DNA of 64,000 nucleotides, taken from contig CAVUZH010000019.1 of the NCBI GenBank assembly GCA_963745835.1, positions 416,001 to 480,000 on the forward strand. The letters are read 5' to 3'. Position numbers and translations under genes: made by a program. Positions within the stretch are counted from its first letter, which is position 1. Each line of letters opens with the position of its first letter. The DNA comes from an uncultured delta proteobacterium. GTDB lineage: Bacteria > Desulfobacterota > Binatia > UBA9968. This document shows, piece after piece, positions 38,910 through 49,526 of the stretch. Below the pieces are notes generated by a model, which ran no database searches, had not been told where the DNA came from, and worked only from the letters and a program-made list of their open reading frames with translations.

Positions 38910-40949
38910 ACCATACAGGAATTCGGGCAGCCACAACGTCATGCCCGGCCAGACGTACATGCATACCAGACACAGAAGGACAATCAGCATGTACGGCATC
39001 ATGCCGGCAAAGATCTGGTTGAGAGTAACGTGCTTCGGTGCAACCCCCTTCAGATAGAAGGCTGACATCGCCACGGGGGGCGACAAAAAGGCCGCTTGCA
39101 AATTAACCGCTACCATGGTGCCGAACAAAATCGGATCGACGTTAAAATGGCCGAGCAGCGGTATGAAAATCGGACAGAAGATAACGATGATCTCAGTCCA
39201 TTCGAGCGGCCAGCCAAGTAGAAATATGATCAATTGCGCCATGATCAAAAAACCGACGGGAGAGAGGTTCATCCCCAGAACCCAGCGTTCGATGAGCGCC
39301 TGTCCGCCATGTAGCGCAAAGACACCGGAGAAAAGCGCCGAGCCAATGAAGAGCCAGCAGACCATAGCCGTGGTCTTCGCGGTGAGGAAAACCGATTCTT
39401 TGAGATTTTGCCAGAGCTCCTTGGACCTTCCGAGCCCCCAAAACCAGGGAACTAGCGTTCCCGCGAATACGCCTCCAAGAGACCCTGATACGAGCACAGT
39501 CACTACGCCGCCGCGCTGCCAGCTGAGGACCACCCCAATAATCGCTCCGACCAGACTCCAGGACCAGACCTGGCGCGGGTATTTGGCCATCACCGCGAGA
39601 TAGAGGGCGCCGAGCGCCCCCACTGCAGCCGATTCGGTGGCCGTAGTGATGCCGAACAAAATCACTGCGAGCACCACCACCGTCAGCACACCCAGCGGCA
39701 CTACCGAGACGACCAGTTCCTTCAATATCTCGAGCTGCTCGCCATCCATACGCCAGTAGTAGATGGCAAGAAGAAGCGTCGAAAAAGCCGCCATTCCCCA
39801 GAACACGAGATAGAAGTATTCCGGAGTTTTGCGGATGGCCGATGCGCCTGGCGGTTCGGCCAGTGAGCCCATTTCCTGAGGCGGCCCGTCCGGGAGCAGA
39901 GGCGATTCGGAGAACTCCGACGTGGTTGGTGACCCTCCGAGCTCTTGCAATTTCTCCTGCGGCGCTTCCTGCGGCCTCTCCTCCAGAGCAGCTGGCGGCA
40001 AGCTCAGCGGCTGTGCAGCCCCGTTCTCCGGAGCGACGGCGGCACTGGGGGCGTTATAGATAACGACATACCACCAGGCGGTAGCAAACATTCCGATCGT
40101 AAGTACTGCCGGGACCATCAGCGTCAAGAAGTTTTTGACGATCAGCCCATAGGTTATCCGATGACCGTCGGGTGACGTCGCGCCGTGCAACAATTTCGGT
40201 CGAAGCATGGCGCCGAGGACACCGGTAACGATCCGTCGGGCCGGACCACGTTCGAGCCGTCGGAGCCATTCCGGCGTCGCGATCCGATACTGTTCCGGCG
40301 GCAACTTAGGCGCGATCTTCGGATTGATGATTGCCCAGCCGAGAATGAAGACGAGATAGAGGAACGTTAGGAAAAACCCCGGCAGCATTGCGGCCGCATA
40401 GAGCTTCACGATCGACTCTCCGGCCACAGCCGCATAGACAATAAGCATCACGGAGGGCGGAATCAAAATACCCAGCGTGCCGCCCGCCGTGATTGCACCC
40501 GACGCGAGCCGTACGTCGTAACCGGCATTCAGCATCGGACGCATCGCGATCACTCCCATCAGAACCACCACTGCGCCGACGATGCCCGAGGCGATTCCCC
40601 AAAAGGCGCACACCAGCAAGGTGGTCACGGCGAGCGACGCGGGCACTCGCCGAAAGGCAAGCTGGACGCTATGAAACATTCGGTCGACCAGCGCGGCGCG
40701 CTCCATGATGTAGCCCATGAAGACGAAGAGCGGCACAGACAGCAAAGTATCATTGGTCATCACACCATACGTGCGCTGCACCATGAGATCGAAGACCTGA
40801 TTGTCGTACCAATGCTGTGAAGGAGTCCAAAAAGCGAGAAACCCAAAGAGCATTCCCAGCCCCATCAAGGTGAAGGCGGTCGGAAAGCCCATCATGATCG
40901 CGATCACGATGAGCCCAAGCATGGTCAACCCGAGCGCTGGATCACTCAC
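38907..40949 (-). CDS. TRAP large permease with a long internal insertion
   Basis: GTLGILIPPSVMLIVY, TATESAAVG, LGWPLEWTEI, FLSPPVAM; GTG start overlapping the small-permease stop. Confidence 0.88.
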   Translation of the reverse strand: MSDPALGLTMLGLIVIAIMMGFPTAFTLMGLGMLFGFLAFWTPSQHWYDNQVFDLMVQRTYGVMTNDTLLSVPLFVFMGYIMERAALVDRMFHSVQLAFRRVPASLAVTTLLVCAFWGIASGIVGAVVVLMGVIAMRPMLNAGYDVRLASGAITAGGTLGILIPPSVMLIVYAAVAGESIVKLYAAAMLPGFFLTFLYLVFILGWAIINPKIAPKLPPEQYRIATPEWLRRLERGPARRIVTGVLGAMLRPKLLHGATSPDGHRITYGLIVKNFLTLMVPAVLTIGMFATAWWYVVIYNAPSAAVAPENGAAQPLSLPPAALEERPQEAPQEKLQELGGSPTTSEFSESPLLPDGPPQEMGSLAEPPGASAIRKTPEYFYLVFWGMAAFSTLLLAIYYWRMDGEQLEILKELVVSVVPLGVLTVVVLAVILFGITTATESAAVGALGALYLAVMAKYPRQVWSWSLVGAIIGVVLSWQRGGVVTVLVSGSLGGVFAGTLVPWFWGLGRSKELWQNLKESVFLTAKTTAMVCWLFIGSALFSGVFALHGGQALIERWVLGMNLSPVGFLIMAQLIIFLLGWPLEWTEIIVIFCPIFIPLLGHFNVDPILFGTMVAVNLQAAFLSPPVAMSAFYLKGVAPKHVTLNQIFAGMMPYMLIVLLCLVCMYVWPGMTLWLPEFLYG

Positions 40950-41622
40950 CGTTGCCTTCCCTTTTTTGATCCACCAGGGTGCGCTGGCGCGCGGCTTCAT
41001 CCAGCGCGTGTGCCGAGCCGGCCGCAGCGCGGCGCGACTCTTCGTCGACAAACTCGCTGTGAGCGAGCTGTCCGCCGACTACGTCTATCTCCTCGACATC
41101 TTCCAGCCGTGCCGGCCAGGTGCCGGTGCGCAAGCACAGGATGCAACGCGCGATCTCTGCGACACCCTGGAGCATCACCAGCGCGCCGGCGATCGGGATC
41201 ACGGACTTGAAGTGATAAACCGGCGGACCCTCCGCGGTCACAGTCGAGTGCTCTCCGATCTGCCACGACTCGACGGCGTAACCGTACCCGGCATAGATAA
41301 GTGCCAGGATGCCCGGGACAAAGAAAAGCATATACAGTGCTAAGTCCAGCGCCGCCTGCATCTTCGGCGACAGCCGGGCATATATGAAGTCGGCGCGCAC
41401 GTGCCCACTGAGCGACAAGGTGTAAGCGCCGCACATCATGAACAGCGTGCCATAAAGCATGTTGTTGAAGTCGAAGATCCAGGCCGTGGGAGCATTCAGG
41501 ATGTAGCGCTTGAAGACCTCCACCGAGACAACGAGTGTGAGCGCGACGATCAGCCAGGCAAAAGCCTTGCCCGACCAGTAGCTGAGTTGATCGATGGCTC
41601 GGAATAGTCGGTAGGCATTCAC
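40942..41622 (-). CDS. TRAP small permease
   Basis: EVFKRY.LNAPTAW, LYG.LFM..GAY.L..GHVRAD. Confidence 0.88.
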   Translation of the reverse strand: MNAYRLFRAIDQLSYWSGKAFAWLIVALTLVVSVEVFKRYILNAPTAWIFDFNNMLYGTLFMMCGAYTLSLSGHVRADFIYARLSPKMQAALDLALYMLFFVPGILALIYAGYGYAVESWQIGEHSTVTAEGPPVYHFKSVIPIAGALVMLQGVAEIARCILCLRTGTWPARLEDVEEIDVVGGQLAHSEFVDEESRRAAAGSAHALDEAARQRTLVDQKREGNGE

Positions 41623-41693
41623 GGTGTACAAAACACCAGGGATCAGCCCGAGATTGATGGCTGATGGAGAAGCTGGATCCGATCCACGGAAGA

Positions 41694-42872
41694 TTAGCTC
41701 TTTTTGCTTCCTTCCGGTGCGGTTTTGCCGGCCGCTTTGGCGAAATAGTGATTGTAGGCCATGCGGCGACCAACGTTAGTGTCCAAATCCCACTTCACCG
41801 CCCGCTCAGCAAAGAGCCGCTGTGACGCAGTAATCTCCTTGAACATTGGATTTTCGGTGGCCTTCTTATCGGCTGCGGCGTCGTATGCCTGGAGTTGCCT
41901 CTGCAGCACGGAGTCCGGCGTCCTGTAGAATCTGACTTTGTCTTTGGCCTGCATCTCGACATAATCTTTTGAGTAGCGATCGATCGCTTTCCACGACATA
42001 TCCTGCGAAGCGGCTTCCACCGTAGATTCGATAAGCGCCTTCATCTTCGCCGGCAGCGCATCGAACTTCGTCTTGTTGAACAGAATTTCAAACTGCTCAG
42101 CGTTCTGGTGGAAGCTCTGCAACATGCAAACTTTGGAAACGTCAGGGAAGCCAAGGAGACGGTCCGAGGACGCATTGTTGAACTCGGCGGCATCGAGCAG
42201 TCCCCGGTCCATCGCCGGCACGATCTCGCCGCCCGGCAGCGCGTTCACCGCTGCGCCCAACCCCGTGAACACGTCAATCGAGAGGCCGACGGTGCGGAAT
42301 TTGAGTCCCTTGATGTCGTCGGCCCTGGTGATCGGCTTCTTGAACCAGCCAAGCGGCTGGGTCGGCATCGGGCCGTACAAGAAAGAGACCACGTTGGCGC
42401 CGATGGACTTGTAGAGCTTTTCGAGCAAGTCCTTGCCGCCACCGTACTTGTGCCAGGCAAGCATCATGTTGGCATCCATCCCGTAGCTCGGACCCGAGCC
42501 CCAAAGCGCCAGAGCCGTCTGCTTGCCATAATGGTACACGACCACGCCATGGCCGCCGTCGAGTGTGCCTTTCGACACCGCATCGAGAAGCTGGAAGGCC
42601 GGCACTACAGCGCCCGCAGGCAACACCTCAATCTTCAAATCGCCGCCGGTCGTGTCGTTGACCTTCTTGGCGAAGTCGAGAGCGAACTCGTGGAAAATGT
42701 CTTTTTGCGGCCACGTGCTCTGCCAGCGCATTGTGATCGGCCCCGTTTGGCCTCGGGCAATCATCGGGAAGCCGAGCGCCGCAGCGCCACCCGCCGCAAA
42801 CGCCGCTTTGAGAACGTTTCGGCGTGAAATCTTCTTGGCATCTTGATCTTCTAGCTTCTCTTGATTAGCCAT
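41694..42872 (-). CDS. TRAP substrate-binding protein (TakP-like, Tat signal)
   Basis: SRRNVLK twin-arginine signal; QSTWP, GWFKKPI, GLKFR, GEIVPAMDRG.LDAAEF. Confidence 0.9.
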   Translation of the reverse strand: MANQEKLEDQDAKKISRRNVLKAAFAAGGAAALGFPMIARGQTGPITMRWQSTWPQKDIFHEFALDFAKKVNDTTGGDLKIEVLPAGAVVPAFQLLDAVSKGTLDGGHGVVVYHYGKQTALALWGSGPSYGMDANMMLAWHKYGGGKDLLEKLYKSIGANVVSFLYGPMPTQPLGWFKKPITRADDIKGLKFRTVGLSIDVFTGLGAAVNALPGGEIVPAMDRGLLDAAEFNNASSDRLLGFPDVSKVCMLQSFHQNAEQFEILFNKTKFDALPAKMKALIESTVEAASQDMSWKAIDRYSKDYVEMQAKDKVRFYRTPDSVLQRQLQAYDAAADKKATENPMFKEITASQRLFAERAVKWDLDTNVGRRMAYNHYFAKAAGKTAPEGSKKS

Positions 42873-43149
42873 GGTCTCTCCTTTCAGATAAGCACGACAA
42901 GCGAACTTCGCGTTCACGGTTTATATTACAGGTTCCGGACTTACGTCAATGGTGCGTCCAACCTGCACAACTCACGGCGATTGAGAAGTGATAATCCTTA
43001 TGGCTGTCTCACTGAAGTCGTGTCGCTTAGAATATCGATTGCTGATCTCAGCTCATTGCATTGGCCAAGTTCTTTGGTCTCGCTCATTGACACTGTATTC
43101 CAGTCTCCGCTACGCTTCCAAGGGATCGCCGGGAGACAGATACAGCCAG

Positions 43150-44586
43150 ATGAATAACAACAATCTCGTCCGCCAGCTATGCGCCATCGTTGGCGAGCGT
43201 TATGTGCTGGTCGAAAAGGAAGACGTCATCGTCTACGAACAAGACGGCTCAATCTTCCAGGTCATGCCGGAGATCGTTGTCCTGCCTGCCAATGCCGAAC
43301 AGGTTGCCGCGGTGGTGAAAACGGCTAAACAAGCCGCTGTGCCGGTCGTACCCCGTGGTTCGGGCACGGGTTTGGCCGGCGGTGCCGTGCCGGCCGAGGG
43401 CGGCATCGTGCTATCTCTGGCGCGCTTGGATCGCATATTGAGAATCGATCTCGAGAACGGCCTTGCTGTCGTCGAACCCGGCGTTATCAATCTCGACCTC
43501 ACTAAAGCAGTCGCCAATGACGGGTTCTTCTATGCGCCCGATCCTAGCAGCCAAGCCGCATGCTCCATCGGCGGTAATGTCGCCAACAATTCCGGAGGGC
43601 CGCATACCCTCGCCTACGGGGTGACAACCAATCACGTTCTTGGTCTCGAAATCGTTTTGGACGATGGTCAGGTTGTCTGGCTCGGTGGCGAAGTGCCGGA
43701 CACGCCCGGCTATGATCTTCGCGGCGTGTTTGTCGGGTCGGAAGGAACCATGGGTGTGGTGACCAAGGTCATTGTAAAACTCATGCACAATCGCGAGTCG
43801 GTGCGCACCCTTCTTGCCATCTACGATCGGATGGATGACGCCACTCGAGCGGTGGTTGAAATCACCGGGGCCGGAATCATTCCCGCCGCGTTAGAGATGA
43901 TGGACCGCACGACCATTGAAGCCGTCGAATCCGGGGCGCCAGTAGGCTTTCCCCGCGATGCCGAAGCGGTGCTGCTGGTTGAAATCGAAGGCTTGCGCGA
44001 GCAAACCGAGCGTTCCGTGAAATTGGCGTATGCGATTTGCGAGCAGAGCGGCGCGCGGGAGGTCAGGTTGGCACGGGACGAAACCGAACGGCAACGTCTT
44101 TGGAAAGGCAGAAAAGGGGCTTTCGGCGCCATGGGTTCGTTAGCGCCCAATTACTATGTCAACGACGGCGTTGTCCCGCGCAGTCAATTGCCGGAAATCA
44201 TGAGGCGAGTAGCTGCCATCAGCAAACATTACAATCTACGCATTGCTAATGTATTTCACGCCGGCGACGGCAATCTGCATCCCAATATTCTTTTCGACAT
44301 GCGTGTGCCGGGAGAGCTCGATCGAGTCATCGAAGCGGGCGCGGCAATATTGAACGCATGCGTAGAGCTCGGCGGCAGTATCACCGGCGAGCATGGTGTG
44401 GGCATTGAAAAGAAAGCCTACATCGGTTTGCTATTCAGTGATGCGGATCTCGGGGCGATGACGCGAGTCCGCACGGCGCTGGACCCGGACGGCCGGTTTA
44501 ATCCCGCAAAGCTATTTCCAACGCCGGCTGGTTGCGGCGAAGTGCGGCGCCAGCCGGCGCAAATCCCGGCGGGGCTTTGGATTTAG
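43150..44586 (+). CDS. glcD: Glycolate oxidase GlcD-like FAD-linked subunit
   Basis: PRGSGTGLAGGA, PDPSSQ.ACSIGGN, GSEGT.G, HAGDGNLHP, GEHGVG.EK; upstream TTGACA-N18-TACGCT (43087-43116). Confidence 0.85.
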   Translation: MNNNNLVRQLCAIVGERYVLVEKEDVIVYEQDGSIFQVMPEIVVLPANAEQVAAVVKTAKQAAVPVVPRGSGTGLAGGAVPAEGGIVLSLARLDRILRIDLENGLAVVEPGVINLDLTKAVANDGFFYAPDPSSQAACSIGGNVANNSGGPHTLAYGVTTNHVLGLEIVLDDGQVVWLGGEVPDTPGYDLRGVFVGSEGTMGVVTKVIVKLMHNRESVRTLLAIYDRMDDATRAVVEITGAGIIPAALEMMDRTTIEAVESGAPVGFPRDAEAVLLVEIEGLREQTERSVKLAYAICEQSGAREVRLARDETERQRLWKGRKGAFGAMGSLAPNYYVNDGVVPRSQLPEIMRRVAAISKHYNLRIANVFHAGDGNLHPNILFDMRVPGELDRVIEAGAAILNACVELGGSITGEHGVGIEKKAYIGLLFSDADLGAMTRVRTALDPDGRFNPAKLFPTPAGCGEVRRQPAQIPAGLWI

Positions 44587-44608
44587 GAACAAACGTTTAG
44601 AGTTTGTC

Positions 44609-45923
44609 TTGGAAGACAGTCTGCACAATCCGCGACATGGCGATCAACCCAAGATCGCTACGCTCGATATTCCGGAACTCTATCAATGCGTGCACTGCGG
44701 CTTGTGTCTAAACCAGTGCCCGACCTACCGCGCGCTGCGTCTCGAGCCGGAATCGCCACGCGGCAGGATTCACCTGGTAAAAGCGGCTGCGGACGGCCGT
44801 ATCGAGCTCAACGAGCGCTTCAAGGAGCATCTCTATCTCTGCTTGTTGTGCCGTGCTTGTGAAACCGCCTGTCCGTCCGGAGTTCAATACGGCCATATAG
44901 CCGAAACCGCCCGGGCGGTAATCGGCCCGCCGGGATCGAAGCTCGGACGGGTTATCCTGAATCTGGCTTTCACCCAGCTACTTCCTTTTCCCGGACGTCT
45001 AAAAATCCTGTTCGGCGTGTTGCGTCTCTATCAACGAACCGGCTTGCAGAGGCTGGTTCAGCCGTTATTGCCGCGCAAGATTCGCGCAGATGGATGCAAT
45101 GCTGCCGGCCATCCCGCAACGTTTTCAAGCAAACGTTCAGGCTCTTTCTGCGATCGGCCCACGGCGCGCCCGAGTCGCGTTTCTAAACGGCTGCGTGATG
45201 CCGTTGCTCTTTGGCGACATCAATGACGCCACCGTGCGCGTGCTGCAACGCAACGGCTGCGAGGTTGTTTTCCCAAAGGGGCAGACCTGCTGTGGCGCTC
45301 TCAACACCCACAATGGCGAGACGAGCAGCGCGAAAGCAATGGCCCGGCGCAACATCGACGCATTTTTAACTGCCGGCGTCGACGCCATCATCGTCAATGC
45401 CGCCGGCTGCGGCGCCGCGATGAAGGAATATGCCCATTTGCTCGGAGATGATCCTGATTACGCGGATAAGGCACAGAGGTTCAGTTCTTTAGTCAAGGAT
45501 GCCGCTGAATTCCTTGCGCAGATTGGACTGGCTGGCAAACTCGGCGAATTGCGGATGACCGTTACCTATCAGGATCCCTGCCATCTGGCGCATGGTCAGC
45601 GCGTGCGCATTCAGCCCCGGCAATTATTACAGGCGATCCCGGGTTTGAAACTGGTCGAGATGGATGGCTCTGAACGCTGTTGCGGCAGTGCCGGGATTTA
45701 CAATATTACTCACGCTGAAATGTCACAGCAGCTTCTCCAAGAGAAAATGCCGGCAATCGCTGCCACCGGTTCCGAAGCGGTGGTCGCGCCCAATCCAGGC
45801 TGTATGCTGCAGCTTCGTTATGGCGCACAGAAGTATGGGCCGAATGTGAAAGTCTACCATTTGATGGATCTCCTCGATCGCGCTTATACGAGCGGCGAAT
45901 CTTCGCCAGCCAATGAAGATTGA
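44609..45923 (+). CDS. glcF: Glycolate oxidase Fe-S subunit GlcF-like; one frameshift ~45087
   Basis: CVHCGLCLNQCPT, CLLCRACETACPSG in the first frame; two CCG domains and YQDPCHLAHGQ in the second. Confidence 0.85.
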
Positions 45924-47220
45924 CCCGGACCGGCTCGCCAGCCGGTTAGAAGCCGAACTGGGCGGCGCCGCGGTAAAGAGGCAGCCGGAATTGCTTGCCG
46001 CCCGCGCCATCGACGGAGTTTATCCGTGCGTCATATGTTGGCCGGGTAATGCCGAGGAAGTCAGCGCCGCGTTACGGATTTGCAGCGAGACGGATGCAGC
46101 CGTAACTCCCTGGGGAGGAGGCACGGCCGTTAACATCGGCAACTTACCCGAGCGCGCCGAAGTCATCATCGACGTGTCCAAGCTTAATCACGTGGTCGAA
46201 CATGATCACGCAAACTTGACCGCCACCGTGCAGAGCGGCATTACCTTGGCAGCAATGCAACAGATTACTGCAGGAGCTCGGCAGTTCGTGCCATTCGATG
46301 TGCCCAACCCACAACGCTCCACAGTCGGCGGCATCGTCGCAGCCGATCTAAACGGAGTGCGCCGCGTCTGCTACGGCAGCGTGCGTGATTTGGTGATTGG
46401 TATGAAGGTAGTCCTGCCTACGGGTGAGCATATCAAGGCCGGCGGCAAGGTCGTCAAAAACGTCGCCGGCTACGACATGTGTAAACTTTTCGTTGGATCT
46501 TTAGGAACGCTTGGGATTATCACGGAGCTGACACTCAGACTGACGCCGCTTCCGGAAGCGGAAGCGACCTTGGTCGTTTCCGGAAGTTTACTCGAACTTT
46601 CCGAGTTCGCCGGCGAGATCCTGGATTCAGTTTTGTTGCCGAGCGCGATTGTGCTGTGGAAAAGTGAAACAAACTCGAGCGGCGAAGCGTCGCAATCGGG
46701 CTGGCACTTGGCTGTTCGCGCCGGAGGCTTTGCCGAACACGTCGATCGTCACCTTCGGGATTTCCAATTGACGGCTGAACGATTGGGCCTGAGCATGGCG
46801 GTTTATAGTAATACGGCTCATGAAGAACTATGGGCGGGTATTTGCGATTGCCCGCTTCTCGGCCACGAGCTGGTGTTTCGTGTAACGGTGCCACGATCAG
46901 CGGTTGCTGATTTGCTGCACGGCGTTCAGGAGTGGGATACGACGGATGATAGTCCGGGGATTGTCGCGGATATGGCCGCAGGCGCGATCTGGATAGGGTC
47001 GAACCAAACCAAGTTAGCCGCCGCGCGCTTCGCACAGCTCCGATCCAAGGCGGCCCAACACAACGGGCATGTTGTGCTGGTTGTTGCGCCGGCTGATCTG
47101 AAGCGGAATTTGGATATCTGGGGACCGGCTCCGCCGGCGTTTTTGCTAATGCGCAGGATTAAACAGCAATTCGATCCCCAGCGGTTGATGAATCCCGGCC
47201 GCTTTGTCGGACGTTTATAA
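45913..47220 (+). CDS. glcE: Glycolate oxidase GlcE-like FAD-binding subunit
   Basis: YGSVRDLVIG, GGKVVKNVAGYDMCKL.VGSLGTLG, K.QFDP...NPGR. Confidence 0.85.
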   Translation: MKIDPDRLASRLEAELGGAAVKRQPELLAARAIDGVYPCVICWPGNAEEVSAALRICSETDAAVTPWGGGTAVNIGNLPERAEVIIDVSKLNHVVEHDHANLTATVQSGITLAAMQQITAGARQFVPFDVPNPQRSTVGGIVAADLNGVRRVCYGSVRDLVIGMKVVLPTGEHIKAGGKVVKNVAGYDMCKLFVGSLGTLGIITELTLRLTPLPEAEATLVVSGSLLELSEFAGEILDSVLLPSAIVLWKSETNSSGEASQSGWHLAVRAGGFAEHVDRHLRDFQLTAERLGLSMAVYSNTAHEELWAGICDCPLLGHELVFRVTVPRSAVADLLHGVQEWDTTDDSPGIVADMAAGAIWIGSNQTKLAAARFAQLRSKAAQHNGHVVLVVAPADLKRNLDIWGPAPPAFLLMRRIKQQFDPQRLMNPGRFVGRL

Positions 47221-47230
47221 GCGTAGAGTA

Positions 47231-47749
47231 TCACCGGAAGATCCACACCACCCAATTGCTAATCAAATTATCCAGACCGTACGCCCCGCTGCCCCGGACT
47301 GCGAAGTATGCCGCCGCGGCTAGCAAAACTAGATTATCGCGGATTCCCACTTCATGAGCATGGAACGCTTGTCGCTCAAACTTTTGGAAGTATCCCAGCG
47401 CCTTGTCATCTGTTATGGAGTTCTTAACCGTCGGCGCCATGGTCGGCAACACCTTCAGCCAATAGTAGTGCACACTGAATGTTGGGATTAAAAATACCAA
47501 CAGCATCGTCGATGAAATGGGCGTCTGAAAGCCGGCCGCAACACCAAGACCGCCGCACACCATTAGCACGGTGGCAATCAACCCGAACAGTTTCGCTTGC
47601 TTCGCAAACAGAATGCTTGCGGTATTTACCGGGTTTGGCCAACGGCGGACGTTGCTCCAGCCGCTGATTAAAAAGCGCCAGCCCAAAATCACTCGCAATA
47701 ACGCTTCAACGAGGCCCACCAGGGTCGAATGTTCCAAGCTTTCCTCCAC
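47231..47749 (-). CDS. DoxX-family membrane protein
   Basis: LLR..LG..F..SG, FL.PT...HY.W, G.G.Y.LD. Confidence 0.75.
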   Translation of the reverse strand: MEESLEHSTLVGLVEALLRVILGWRFLISGWSNVRRWPNPVNTASILFAKQAKLFGLIATVLMVCGGLGVAAGFQTPISSTMLLVFLIPTFSVHYYWLKVLPTMAPTVKNSITDDKALGYFQKFERQAFHAHEVGIRDNLVLLAAAAYFAVRGSGAYGLDNLISNWVVWIFR

Positions 47750-47964
47750 GAAATGGTGAAATTCGGTCGCACTATATGTAGCGGTCGAGTAGCGGTCAAA
47801 TCTAGCGCATGGCTTCCGCCGCCTTAAGCAAGGAGAGCTCTAGGTCGAGGGAAGATGCCGAGAATTGACCCATCAAGACTCAAAATGTCTGCCGGCTTCT
47901 CGGATAGCAATTGTTTCTTAGCTGGATTTTCTTTATTATGCGTTGGTTAAAGCTCCCACGTCGG

Positions 47965-47980
47965 TGGCACGTGGGTTGCT
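47965..47980 (+). promoter_or_regulatory. Sigma54 (-24/-12) promoter
   Basis: TGGCAC-GTGGG-TTGCT, exact consensus spacing, 29 bp upstream of ATG 48010. Confidence 0.7.
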
Positions 47981-48009
47981 CAGTCGGGCTCACTATAAGG
48001 AGGGCGGCA

Positions 48010-49248
48010 ATGAAGCAAGCGCAACGATGGTTCCTCTCACTGGTCTTGTCTTGGATAGCGTTCTTGCCGGCTCATGCGAGAGCTCAATCCGTTCCGAGCG
48101 AAATCGATAATAATCCGTTTCCACTTCTTGCCGGACTCGAGCAACCCGTCGAGTTCTGGACCAAAATTTTTACCGAGTACAGCATATCCCAACTGGTGTT
48201 TTTTGATCCATTGGAGATGTCCAGGATATATGAAGTGTTGGAGGTCGGCGAAGAGAATCGCTCCAACGAATACGTCGACGGTGAAAAAGCGCGGATTGCG
48301 GCGGCACACGAAGTCAGCATCGAACGAGTGAAGGCACAGCGGGGAGTCAAAGAGCGAACCGCCGCGGGACTGAAACGTTCTAACCGTTACATCGGGCAAA
48401 TGCAGCAAATCTTCCGGGAGCGCGGCTTGCCGGTTGAATTGACTTACTTGCCTCTGATCGAATCGTCGTTCAACAGCAGCGCGCGTTCCCATGCAGGCGC
48501 TTTGGGCATGTGGCAGTTTATGCCCGCTACCGGCAGACAGTATATGCGGGTCAGTCGTACCATCGATGAACGAAGAGACCCCATTGAATCGACCCGCGCG
48601 GCGGCGTCATTTCTCAAGCAAGCCTATGAGTTGCTGGGCAATTGGCCATTGGCCATCACGGCTTACAACTTCGGGCCCGCCGGCATGGCACGGGCAGTGG
48701 CTGAAGTCGGCTCGGACAACTTGGTGGATATAATCCAGAAATATAACGGGCCGTATTTTGGTTATCCGCCGAAAAATTTCTACGCCGAGTTTCTTGTCGC
48801 CATGGATATCGGCAAAAACCCTGAACGATACTTTCCCGGCCTCGATTTAGATCCGCCGGTTGCCATTCAGGAAGTGGAGTTAAGATCTAACTCATCGCTA
48901 GCCGCGGTTATGAGCTCCACCGGCCTTAAACGAGATGAGTTTTTGGAGTGGAACCCGGCCCTGGCAAATGGTCCAAAGATTATTCCCGCAGGTTACCGCG
49001 TAAAGTTGCCGGTCCAAAAACAAATGGCAGCTATAGTCGAGACGCATGAGGTGAGCGAGATGCGTGAGAAACCCGCGCGCCAACAAGCACAATCCAGCGT
49101 GGTGCGGCATCGCGTAAAACGCGGTGAGACGCTTATGCAGATCGCTCAACGTTACGGCACGTCAGCCGAGCGTATCCTCAGGATCAACGGTCTAAGCAAA
49201 GCTAGCCTACTTCGCGCCGGATCGACAGTGCTGGTGCCCAGACTCTAA
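48010..49248 (+). CDS. MltD-like lytic transglycosylase with C-terminal LysM
   Basis: LP.IESSFN, AGALGMWQFMP.TG, DER.DP..ST.AAA, AYN.G; LysM HRVKRGETL..IA.RYG. Confidence 0.9.
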   Translation: MKQAQRWFLSLVLSWIAFLPAHARAQSVPSEIDNNPFPLLAGLEQPVEFWTKIFTEYSISQLVFFDPLEMSRIYEVLEVGEENRSNEYVDGEKARIAAAHEVSIERVKAQRGVKERTAAGLKRSNRYIGQMQQIFRERGLPVELTYLPLIESSFNSSARSHAGALGMWQFMPATGRQYMRVSRTIDERRDPIESTRAAASFLKQAYELLGNWPLAITAYNFGPAGMARAVAEVGSDNLVDIIQKYNGPYFGYPPKNFYAEFLVAMDIGKNPERYFPGLDLDPPVAIQEVELRSNSSLAAVMSSTGLKRDEFLEWNPALANGPKIIPAGYRVKLPVQKQMAAIVETHEVSEMREKPARQQAQSSVVRHRVKRGETLMQIAQRYGTSAERILRINGLSKASLLRAGSTVLVPRL

Positions 49249-49273
49249 CGCGCCTTCCCTCCGAAAACCGCCC

Positions 49274-49316
49274 CAAGATCGAAACGATACCCATCGTTTC
49301 GATCTTGTCGTTTTTG
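49274..49316 (+). terminator. Perfect 15-bp hairpin, probable terminator
   Basis: CAAGATCGAAACGAT-ACCC-ATCGTTTCGATCTTG followed by TCGTTTTT. Confidence 0.7.
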
Positions 49317-49526
49317 CTCTGCTTACGATCGGACATTATGCTCTCCGGCATTCTGCAGGCACGTCGCCAGCCATGCTGTTCTCCTTGACTGGGAGAACAG
49401 GGAGCGGAGTTTCGACTATGATCAGAGCGCAAACCCAGGAGCTGACAATTTGCTACTACTAGAATGTTGATCTATGAGGATGAATTGTCAGGATTGCTTG
49501 TCTGGGCACTTTAGTCGGGACTAGAA

